Shown: one piece after another, positions 1 to 10,035 of the stretch | Layout: each line of letters begins with the position of its first letter | Numbering within the stretch: the first letter of the stretch is position 1 | Origin: Zancudomyces culisetae HAW-14-8 | Taxonomy: Eukaryota; Fungi; Kickxellomycota | Assembly (NCBI GenBank): GCA_052426225.1 | Contig: JBNJNM010000013.1 | Location: 806,001 to 870,000, forward strand | Length of the DNA: 64,000 bases | Direction of reading: 5' to 3' | Notes under the pieces: generated by a model | What the model saw: only the letters and a program-made list of their open reading frames with translations | Databases searched by the model: none | What the model was told of the DNA's origin: nothing | Position numbers and translations under genes: made by a program

Positions 1-2547
1 CGAAATGGAGTTTTGGTATATCCAATAGAGTTTTTGCAGACATTCCGAAAGATATGTAAGGTTAAGGTTGGAGAATTTACATTTGAATTGGGAGGCCAAG
101 AGGATGGGCGAGGTCAAAAGGATAACAAGCGACCATCAAATAGAAACCGATCGGAAATGGGAAGAGGAGGAGGAGGTGGAGGACCTAGTCAAAGACAACA
201 GCCACCAGTTGATTCCAACTTTAAACAACCACCTCGAACATCAGAAGAGAGATTCCAACATAGTTCATCCAACCACTCAACTCGACCATCACAAGGAATG
301 GGTGCACGATCAGGAGGAGGCGGTGGTGGAGGTGGACGATCATCGAGAAGTGGTCGGGGACCTCGAGGATTCCGTAGCACAGGAGGACGAGGCAATGCCA
401 ATGCAGCAGATGCAGAGCCAGTGGTACTGAGCCGAGCAGAGAACCGATGGGTTCCTCAAGCACTTTCGGGACGCAAGGCAACAAATATTACACCAGCATC
501 GGATCCATCAGAAATTTCCGATTCGTTTATTGAACACAAGATCAAATCGCTTCTTAATATTTTGACAGTAGACAACTTTGGAGTGATTTCAAAGGATATT
601 TTGGAATGGGCATTGGTTTCGCAAAAGGAAAGTGATGCTAGAGCCATTCGAATCATTTTGATTTTGTTGTTTGAAAAGGCAGTCGATGAGCCTGTCTTTG
701 CTGCCATGTATGCCAAACTGACCAAGCTGTTACATGACAACATGCCAAACACTGTTAAATACTACGAGAATCCAGACGACGAAAATGCTGCAGCTGTTGT
801 GGGTACTATGGTTGTACGAAAAGTACTGCTCAATAGATGCCAGCAAGAGTTTGAGGCTGGTTGGAAAGTCGAAATTCCCGGCGACATCAAGTCTGAAGAA
901 TACTACGTGGCCATGAAGATCAAGCGTCGCGGTCTTGGTCTGGTTCGCTTTGTTGGTGAATTGTATTTGCTGGGAATCATTTCCATCCGTTTGTTGGGCA
1001 GATGCATTGAAACTCTGCTGGAAAACGATACCGAAGAAGACTTGGAATCTCTTTCCCGTCTGCTGACTACTGTCGGTGGCCGTATGGAAGGCGACAAACA
1101 TTCCGAAAGCTTGAATCACGTGATGAAACGCCTTGAAGAAATTGCCGCTGATCGTAATGTCAATTCTCGTATTCGCTTTATGTTGATGGATGTAATTGAC
1201 CTGCGTCGTGCCAATTGGATAGTTAAGGAGTTGGGTCCCAAGACCATTGCCCAAGTCCATGCCGATGTCAGTAAAGAGCGTTCTGTCATTGAATCTGAAC
1301 TGCGACGCGGCAACTCCAGCTCTGGTCGTGGCTTGCATTCTTCTTCATCTCGTCAAAACATGAATGCCAACAACAATCCTCGTTCTTCAGCCTATGACAA
1401 ATCCAGAAGAGACCTTCCTTCTTCCCGCAATCCTGCCGACTACTCTAAATTCGGCAATTTGTCTCGCACTACTTTCTCCAACACTTTTGCTCCTGGCGGT
1501 GTTTTCAACTCCTCCAACCAATCTGCTCGCTCCTCTGCCAAGAAAGATGACCGTTCCAAACGTGATTCTCAAAAGCCTTTGCCTCGTATGTCTACCTCTC
1601 TATTGTCTGCAAACTTGGCCTCTTCATCATCTTCTAAGAGATCTCCTGCTGGTTTAACCACTCCTTCTTCTGCTTCTCCTTATTCTGCTCGTTCCGATGG
1701 CCTATCCAAACCTCGTTCTGGTATCAACTCTTTCAGTGCTTTATTAGATCATTCTGAAGATACTGATCATCTCAACTTTGGTACTTCTCCTTCTGCCTCT
1801 GGCATTGCTGATAATTCCGTCAAATCTCCAATCTCTCCAACGACCACTTCTTCAAAATCATCTTCAAATGTTGATGATAACTTACCTTTGCTTTCTGATG
1901 CCGATATTTCTCGTAAATCTAAAGGCATGATCAATGAGTACCTGCAACTCCAAGATCTTAATGAACTACGCGAATGTCTGTTAGAATTGGGTTCCAAGAA
2001 CTATCCTGCTTTGGTAACCAAAGTGGTTGAGTACATGTTGGACTTCAAAAAAGACAAAGTTGCTCTAGTTTGTACTGCATTTACCAAACTATCTTCACTA
2101 TTGTTTTCCAATTCCGACCCCAATGTTATCATTGCTATTTTCAGCAGTGTAGCCGAATACTTGGATGATATAGCCACCGATGCTCCTTTTGCCTATGACA
2201 ACTTTGCTGAAATGTTGGCTTCTACCCAAATTGCTCCCTCCAAAATCCCCGATTGTCTCGGCTCTTTCTTTATTTCCTCTTCTCCCACCAGAGCTCTTAA
2301 AGTCTGTTTAGCTGTCTTGAAGAGTTATCATCAATCTATTTGTGATGGTGATAACCAAAAACTTGTTGACTTGATTACTAATTCCTTTGATCAACAACAA
2401 CAACCAACAACAACTATTAAATCCTTCTTAACTGATTCATTCTTTAATACCTCTTCTTCTGATAATAATAGTCAACAGCTACGACAAACTCCTGATGAAA
2501 TTATTTCTTCTGCTTGTTCTGATTATAGTCTTGACTTTATTCTTTAG
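1..2547 (+). CDS. TIF4631: Translation initiation factor eIF4G (5' partial; runs off window start)
   Basis: eIF4E-binding-like motif YPIEFLQ near the start. MIF4G domain (IKSLLNILT, LFEKAVDEPVFAAMYA, LLNRCQQEFE, KRRGLGLVRFVGELY, SRIRFMLMDVIDLR, GPKTIAQVH). C-terminal MA3-like helical region (MINEYLQLQDLNE). Stop TAG 2545-2547. Confidence 0.93.
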   Translation, partial: RNGVLVYPIEFLQTFRKICKVKVGEFTFELGGQEDGRGQKDNKRPSNRNRSEMGRGGGGGGPSQRQQPPVDSNFKQPPRTSEERFQHSSSNHSTRPSQGMGARSGGGGGGGGRSSRSGRGPRGFRSTGGRGNANAADAEPVVLSRAENRWVPQALSGRKATNITPASDPSEISDSFIEHKIKSLLNILTVDNFGVISKDILEWALVSQKESDARAIRIILILLFEKAVDEPVFAAMYAKLTKLLHDNMPNTVKYYENPDDENAAAVVGTMVVRKVLLNRCQQEFEAGWKVEIPGDIKSEEYYVAMKIKRRGLGLVRFVGELYLLGIISIRLLGRCIETLLENDTEEDLESLSRLLTTVGGRMEGDKHSESLNHVMKRLEEIAADRNVNSRIRFMLMDVIDLRRANWIVKELGPKTIAQVHADVSKERSVIESELRRGNSSSGRGLHSSSSRQNMNANNNPRSSAYDKSRRDLPSSRNPADYSKFGNLSRTTFSNTFAPGGVFNSSNQSARSSAKKDDRSKRDSQKPLPRMSTSLLSANLASSSSSKRSPAGLTTPSSASPYSARSDGLSKPRSGINSFSALLDHSEDTDHLNFGTSPSASGIADNSVKSPISPTTTSSKSSSNVDDNLPLLSDADISRKSKGMINEYLQLQDLNELRECLLELGSKNYPALVTKVVEYMLDFKKDKVALVCTAFTKLSSLLFSNSDPNVIIAIFSSVAEYLDDIATDAPFAYDNFAEMLASTQIAPSKIPDCLGSFFISSSPTRALKVCLAVLKSYHQSICDGDNQKLVDLITNSFDQQQQPTTTIKSFLTDSFFNTSSSDNNSQQLRQTPDEIISSACSDYSLDFIL

Positions 2548-2622
2548 TTTTTTTAATCCAATAATATAATATTTTATAATGTTTTATTTTATCTTATCTT
2601 ATCTTTATTTCGTTATAATTAA

Positions 2623-5600
2623 TTATTGCAAAAACTTTATAATCTTTTCATATAAAAAGTATCTTGTATCCTTTCGATACATTATACTATGGTCTGAATT
2701 TGGAAATACTACCAATTCTACATTAACCTTTTCCTTTTTCCCTTTTCCTCCTCCTCCTCCTCCTCCTCCTCCTTGTCCTTCTCCTTCTGCTTTTTCCCCT
2801 CCTTGCTCAGTTTTGGATTGCACTTGTTCTATCCTATCCATCATCCAATACGTATTTTGAATATTCACATTATCGTCTCCACTTCCATGTACCATCATTA
2901 CCTTCGATAATCCTCCTCCTCCTCCTCCCCCTCCTCCATTAACAAACATCTTACTCCCTATCATTGATTTTTCATATCCCTTCAAATTATCTTGATCTTT
3001 TGGTAATCTCATATACCTCTCTGTATACACCGAATCATAGAATTTCCAATTTGTCACCGGTGCTATCGATATCCCCCGACTAATTTTCCTGCTCATCCTC
3101 TTATTACCATTATTATTATTATTATTCTCTCCCTTCTTGTTTTCTTTTTTCCCTTCTTGTATTTCTCTCATTCGATTATCTTGCTCTTCCAACACCTTTA
3201 ATGTCAAAAATCCTCCATATGACCATCCCATTATACTCACCTCCATCTCCTCCTCTTCCTCATTCCCCTTCTCTCTCTCTCCTCTTTCACCACCACCACC
3301 CTTCTCCTTCTTATAAAATGGCATTCTTTGTATCGCCTCCAAAATATCCCCACTAGCGGTTTTACCCAATTCCAAATATTCTACATGTGTCATTTTCCGC
3401 CCCTTATGCGCCGTTCCTCTTGGATCTATCTTTACCACTATCACTCCCTCCTCCTCACTACTCAATACACTATTCAACCCATTCATATCATACCTCTCTG
3501 TAACAAACTTGGACGTTGGCCCTCCATATATATTTACTAGCATCTTTTGTCGCTTACTCTTACTCTTATTCTTATTCTTATTCTTCCCCTCTTCATTATA
3601 ATTAAACCCTGGTGGATACATCACATTCACATCCACAATTACCCCTTCTCCTATATCCATCTGGAAATATCCTATCCCTGGCATATTATACTCCTCTATC
3701 ACCCCATACAATTGCTCGTTCGTCTCTACTTTTCTCACCAACTCGTACTTTTCCTTACTCTTTCCCTCTATCTCTATCACTTTCCTTCCTCCTCCTCCAA
3801 CTTTTTCATCTCTTATTTTATATATTGCCTGCCATGGAATATTTGGCCCCAAATAATCCACCTTGATATACCCTTTACATTCTGACATTGAAAATGAATA
3901 CGACCCCTTCTTGTCCTTCTCTGACTGTCCCTTCTCCTTCCCAGACTTATCCAAAAATGGCATGACCCTCACTCCCCATCCTTCTTCTTTTTCTTCTTCT
4001 TTTTCTTTTCCTTTTTCTTTTTCTATCTCTTTTTGTCCATTCATCATTGGTCCCAAAAATTCTACTATACTCATTTGTCCCTCACCTTCATCCCTATCTC
4101 CATTCAAATTACCATTACCACCAAACTGCTCATCACCCACCTTGATTCTATATATCTCTTGTCTATAACTCCTCTTATTACTACCACTACCCACAAAATG
4201 CATTTCCCCTGTTTCTTTATTATATGAAATGGTATCATCAATCACATCAAAATCCCCCTTGGTTATTTGCTTTGGTGCTATTAACGTTGTATTCATCCCC
4301 CTCTTCTCTTGTCCTTGTTCTTGCTTTTGTCTCCCTAATCTTTTCGGAATCTCAAATACTCCTACATGTATATACTCTAAATTGTTCAACACGTGCATAT
4401 AATACCCCCCTTCCTCCTCCTCCTCCTCCTCCTCATCCTTCCCTTCTTCTTCTTTTTCCTTTCCTTTTTCCTTTTCTTTTTCCTTTTCATCCGAATCCCT
4501 CTTCCTGCCATTATCCTTCTCAACCTTTGGTACATACACTACTTGTTTGTAGAATGCTACCCACTTGTTATCCTCATTTTTCATCTCATAAACTACTCGA
4601 CTAGCTATCTTCCCATCCCCATCTCCTATCTCTACCACTACATCCTTTATCACTGTTTGTATTCTATCGCTAACTCCCACCAATAATCTACCATGTTTCT
4701 GAGTAATCCAACTAACATGACTAATTAAATGCTCATCTTTTATCCCAAGATCCACATTGTACGCTGTTTCTTTCTCCATCGAATATACATGTAGATTTAC
4801 CACCGGATTATTATGCCCCGCTTTTGGATACGCAATCTTCATCTTTTGCGTGTAGCTGTTGTCCGCATCTCGACCACTTGCTTCATCATACAATCCATAC
4901 ATCTCCATCTCTATCCTGGGTACCAACGTCGAATTAAACTGCAAATATGCAATCATCTTTCCATCCGGTGACCACCACGTCGCCTGACTATCTTCAAATA
5001 CCTCCTCTTCGTATACCCAGTCCATAATCCCATTTATTATGTTTCCGTTACTCTCCCCACCACTGCTCACTCTTCGCTTTTGGTTCATATCATTGACATA
5101 TATATCATTTTCTACCACATATGCCACCTTATGCCCCACTGGTGACCATACTACAAGCTGCGTCTTGTCGTTTTCCTCTGTGTGCAGCTTCTTCAAAACT
5201 TTATCCGCTATACTATACACATAGTACTCCGATGCCTTGGAATGTCGAAAGACTTTCTTTTCACTTGTCTTGATCAAAAGATACTCCCAATCTGCTGATG
5301 GTATAAATTTCATAATCTTAAGTTTGGGAAGCCCTATATTTCTTGCTGCAATTTGTAACTCTTCTATGCTCACCATCTCCTTGGAATACTGGTTATCAAG
5401 ACTATACACATACAGTCCCCCTTTTTGCTCCTCAAATTTTAAATACAACCCATCCCTCTTTTTATCCATCGGATGTGCTATCCATTGATATTTCTCCCCC
5501 CTTGCAACAAACGCTCCTGTACGTAATGCTTCCAAAGTAATGTTTTTCTTGCTTGCATCATACTTTATTACCGGATTTACATTGTCCCCATCAAGTATGA

Positions 5601-6469
5601 TCTTAAGTCCTCTGTTTTTACCTTGTTCAACCAAATCTTTTGCATTTGAAATATCTTGTTTAGCACCTATTTTTTTTATTAGACAAACACTTGAGTTGCT
5701 GTTTTTCTTACAAATATTACATGGTCTTTATTCATATAAAAAAATAAAAGTCATCTTTGATGCTTGTTATAATCCATTTCTTTTATATCCAACATTACTT
5801 TACCTCCCTATTATTATATATCAATTAATAATCTTTACGTTAATATAGCTAGTACTTTACAATCCAATCCAACAATACATTAACAAGTAATTTAACAAAT
5901 ATGCTTACATTACTAGCTTCTGTCACCTTCATACTCTCGGCCTTTGTATCTGTACCACCAAATATAGCTCGGAATCCACAGATTAAGAATACAATTGTAC
6001 TGAAAATAACTGCGATCTTAACCAGCGAGCGTTTTTTCGCTGACGAAAATACTGCTTTTCCACCGAACCTTCCTCGTGGAAATCCAATGTTGTTATTCCG
6101 GTAATTCCTATCTCTTGTATTTAAAAAGTTCTGGTAGTACTCATCAAAGTCATCGTTTCGTGAATCTGCATTTTCTCCTTCATACGAATGTTCAGATAAT
6201 TCAAATTCCTGATTTTCTTCAAAACTATCCACAGAATTATTCAGGATATTCACAATTTGGTCGCTGCGCCTTTCCATTGTGTTGTCTTTGTCGCTTAAAT
6301 GTGCCTTTTCTGTCTCAGTATCTTCATTATACTCTCTTTCAAACCCGCCCAAAACGTCGCTACCAGGTTGTACTGTTTCCCCTATAAGTTTATCAAACTC
6401 TTCGTCTGTACTTGAAACCAATGAATTCTTGGTGTGTTTATGCTTTTTCTCTCCACTATCCTTCACCAT
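2623..6469 (-). CDS. Dipeptidyl peptidase IV family (S9B), type II membrane Ste13/Dap2-like. Exons approx. 6469-5914 and 5666-2623; exact donor uncertain
   Basis: Cytosolic N-tail and TM helix in ORF 5849-6469. NGIMDWVYEEEV, WWSPDG, YPKAG and catalytic GWSYGG, HGSGDDNV and SDH motifs in ORF 2623-5634. The acceptor ctaat..aatag at 5667 needs a phase-1 donor; GTAATG at 5913 fits, whereas GTAAGC at 5908 is phase 0. Confidence 0.9.
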
Positions 6470-6552
6470 TTATTCAAACCCCGCGTGATTCCCTGTATCC
6501 GGTTACTAGAATGCTGTTACTTTATTATAGAATTAAGTTGGGTTTTTTATTC

Positions 6553-6574
6553 GTGTGTGTGTGTGTGTGTGTGT
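6553..6574. repeat. (GT)n microsatellite upstream of the DPP-IV start
   Basis: gtgtgtgtgtgtgtgtgtgtgt seen directly. Confidence 0.9.
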
Positions 6575-8517
6575 TCTTAACAAAGAGTATTAACTGTTTA
6601 TTGTTTAAACTCCTCACCACCCTTGTTACAATTTCCTTCTTCCCACCTTTACTCTTAATGAAGCTGTGGCAATTTACAGGCATTGAGGAATTTATTTGCT
6701 GGAAATGCTGCAAAATTCATTTTTTTCGCACATAATCCCCATTATTTTATTAATATCTCCAACCAAAATCAACGTACAACAGCTACATTTTGATTCTCCA
6801 ATTGGTTTTTCAATTTTTCAATTCTTTTTTATTAGCCAATACAAGTTGATTATATCCACAATACCATTAAATGAACAAAGAAATAAAATTAAAGTTAAAA
6901 CTAAAATGAAGTGGTTGTAGTCAAAATGTTTATGAATATCCCCCCCCCCCTCACCTCACTCTCCCCTCAATGACTGACCAACCCAATAATTGTCTAGCAT
7001 TTTCCTTTTATTTTTTTTGTTTTAAACTATTTACAAGAGGATGCATTGTGTAAACATGGTGAAATTACATACACAAACATATTCATGTACTGAAAATCTC
7101 ATTATACCTTTTTTTCAACATAGTCATATACAAATGAATACTGGTCAACAAGGAGAGTGTGAAGAGAAAAGAAAAAGACTAAGGTGGTCTTTAAAATGTG
7201 AATCATATAACCAATTTTTATCTTCTACTTTTTCGCCGGACAGTTCAAGCTGCATAGCAATTATCCACATCATATTTATTTACACTTGTTATAACACACG
7301 ATTTTGGCAAGTTAGTTATATACAGATTTGTAGTGTATCTTATACCTTCTCCTCCTCCCCGTTATCCCTTTGCAGTTAGTGTCGAGATTTTACTCTTACA
7401 CTTATATTTGAACTCGTGTATTTCTTTTACTTCTTGTACTGAAGCCGTTCTTCTTTTCTTCCGCCATCACCATGTTCAAACCTCTTTATCTTCATTGGAT
7501 TAAATTCAATCATACGTTATAATATATAGATACTGTTAAACTTTTTTATGTACCATTATCAACATTTTTCCCTTCCATGCTTTTTTTTTTCATGCCTTTT
7601 AGCATAAATCCATTTCAAAACTGTTTTTCTTTCTGGTTCTAATTAAAATGTCTATTACCCTCTTCCTCCCTTCCTCTCTTCCTATCTTTCCATCCCGTAA
7701 GTTATTATCTTACTTTTGTTTTTATTTATTGTTAAATATGCACAGCAAGCTTATAGATTCGTTTACTGTAATGAAGCCAAAAAATTCCGAGCTAATTATT
7801 TTTGGTACATTATTTCGGTCTTTCAGCCACAAAATTAAGGCTTAAATTCCATATATCCAACTATATGGTGGACTCACGTTGGCAAGTACCATTTAGACCC
7901 CTTGTACTACTCTAAAATATAATTAATGTAAAGTATGCATGATCATGTTTTTTTTGAATTTATATGTTATTTCTTTAGCATATTCTAATGGATATGGTTA
8001 ATGCAAAAATACTGCAATAAGCAGTGGTTGACAAATATCCTTTCATTCAAGCTTACTTTTATTTTCAAGCAATTTGCTCTCTTTTCTTTTTGAAAAATAA
8101 TTAAAAAATAAGGCACTAATATATGCATCATGGAAAGAAACCCTATACACTCTTACTCTATTCCCATTCATAGTTACGTCTACTTTGACACAAAAAAAAA
8201 ACGTTTATATATCACATATGGTACCTCTTCATTGTTATAAACTCTGAACTTTAGCATTAATGAAGTATTTCATTTTCTTTATCCAAACTATTAGTGTTTT
8301 CCTACATCACTAAAAGATAAAAAAAATCCTATTTTGTTATTTCTTCTATAATTGTATAATATATTTGAAACTTATTGCACACAAAAAAACACTCGAAGAG
8401 TATACCGCATTTTATCCTTCAACAACATTGGGGAAAAAAATAATACTAATAATAGGCAAACAAACAAATAAATAAAACATAAATATCACAACTACAACCA
8501 CAGCTACACACACATAT

Positions 8518-8556
8518 ATATATACCCAATATATATACCCAATATATATACCCAAT
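8518..8556. repeat. 13-bp tandem repeat (ATATATACCCAAT)x3 just upstream of the subtilisin ATG
   Basis: Seen directly. Confidence 0.85.
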
Positions 8557-8592
8557 ACATATATACATACACAAAAGGAACATCTAACCAAT

Positions 8593-10035
8593 ATGAAAAC
8601 GTACCGAATTTACAAAACTTTTGGACTATGTTTTATTATGTCCATACTTGCACTGGGGTCATCAAGTTCAAAAATAACGGGGCACGACGTAGTTACTCCA
8701 GTGGCTCAAGACGCAGCCAAGGGCGTATTTGTCAAAAGACTGAGCAAGTCAATTTACAGAATTCTTTATCCAAAAAGACTATCATCAGTACTTACCCTAG
8801 GCACCACTGATAAAGAATATGATCGAAAGAGAGACTACAAAAACTACATAGTTTTATTGAGAACTCCAGGATCATCGCCAGATATCAGGAATTCATACGA
8901 ATCTCATAGCAACAAACAAAACTCCGTGTTGTATAAACACTTGTCAGCCTATTTCTCTCCTGTTTTACGTGGCATAGCCGATCCCGCATTAAGGTCCAAG
9001 AAATTCAGATCGTTGTACAAAAACTTTAAAAATGAGTATGGTATAAAGGATTTAGGATATACAGGATTTTATGGCTACTCGGCAAAATTTGATAAGAAAA
9101 CCCTTTTCAAAGTCTCACAAATGCCCGATGTTGAGCTGATTGAAGAGGATGTTAAAATAAAGGCAGACGCTGTGCAAACCCGTGTGCAAAACTGGGGGTT
9201 GCGAAGAATAAGCCAGAACTCAAAGAATTACATTGATCAATACGCTTACAGTGGTAATCAAGGCCAAGGAGTTGTTGCGTACATAATGGACTCTGGAGTT
9301 AAAATTGATCACCACGAACTTGCAGGACGGGCAGAAAATGGAGCCAATTTTGTAACTAATGAGGATTTTAGCGACAACAAGGGCCATGGAACACATGTTG
9401 CTGGTATAGTAGCAGGTACAGTACATGGTGTAGCAAAAAAAGCACACATTGTCAGTGTCAAGGTTCTTGACAAAAATATGATGGGAATGGTTTCTTATGC
9501 CATAAAAGGAATTGATTTTATCTTGAAAGATTGGAGTGCAAAAAAGGGCAAATACAAAGCAGCAGTAGTTAATATGAGTCTTGGTACACCCTCAAGAAAT
9601 GAAGCATATCTAAAGGCAATAGATGCGATGGTGGCTGCTGGTGTACATGTTGTAACTTCATCGGGAAACAGTGGCCTTGATGCATGCAACCAAACGCCGG
9701 CTCTCACTCTTACTGGAATCACTGTTGGGGCTTTTGATGAGCTTGGAAGTGTTCCTACGTGGTCTAACTGGGGAAAATGTGTTGACATTCTGGCTCCAGG
9801 AACAAGAATAATCTCCTCAAGCAATGCAGGAGGCGACCAAACAATAGTCAAATCAGGCACTTCTATGGCAGCACCATTTGTTACGGGTGTAGTTGCAGCA
9901 ATGCTGAGTGATAATCCCAACATGAAACCCAGCGAACTCAAACAAAGGCTTATTTCTACAGGTTTGAAGGGATATTTGAAAGAAAACACTCTTCGTGGAG
10001 GTACTCCAAATATTATGTTGTATCGTCCAGCCTAA
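8593..10035 (+). CDS. Secreted subtilisin-like serine protease (S8A, proteinase K-like) with I9 propeptide; intronless
   Basis: Signal-peptide-like N-terminus. Propeptide motifs YIVLL and GYSAKF..VELIEED. Catalytic DSG, HGTHVAG and GTSMAAP. Oxyanion SSGN. Confidence 0.95.
   Translation: MKTYRIYKTFGLCFIMSILALGSSSSKITGHDVVTPVAQDAAKGVFVKRLSKSIYRILYPKRLSSVLTLGTTDKEYDRKRDYKNYIVLLRTPGSSPDIRNSYESHSNKQNSVLYKHLSAYFSPVLRGIADPALRSKKFRSLYKNFKNEYGIKDLGYTGFYGYSAKFDKKTLFKVSQMPDVELIEEDVKIKADAVQTRVQNWGLRRISQNSKNYIDQYAYSGNQGQGVVAYIMDSGVKIDHHELAGRAENGANFVTNEDFSDNKGHGTHVAGIVAGTVHGVAKKAHIVSVKVLDKNMMGMVSYAIKGIDFILKDWSAKKGKYKAAVVNMSLGTPSRNEAYLKAIDAMVAAGVHVVTSSGNSGLDACNQTPALTLTGITVGAFDELGSVPTWSNWGKCVDILAPGTRIISSSNAGGDQTIVKSGTSMAAPFVTGVVAAMLSDNPNMKPSELKQRLISTGLKGYLKENTLRGGTPNIMLYRPA

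Noticed and set aside
5712-5807. Possible extra DPP-IV mini-exon (GGKVMLDIKEMDYNKHQR)
   Set aside because: It hits TGA before any usable donor; a single intron is simpler.
3328-5848. Numerous plus-strand ORFs over DPP-IV (likewise over RAD2, UTP7 and others)
   Set aside because: Antisense shadows favoured by C/T-rich, stop-poor sequence.
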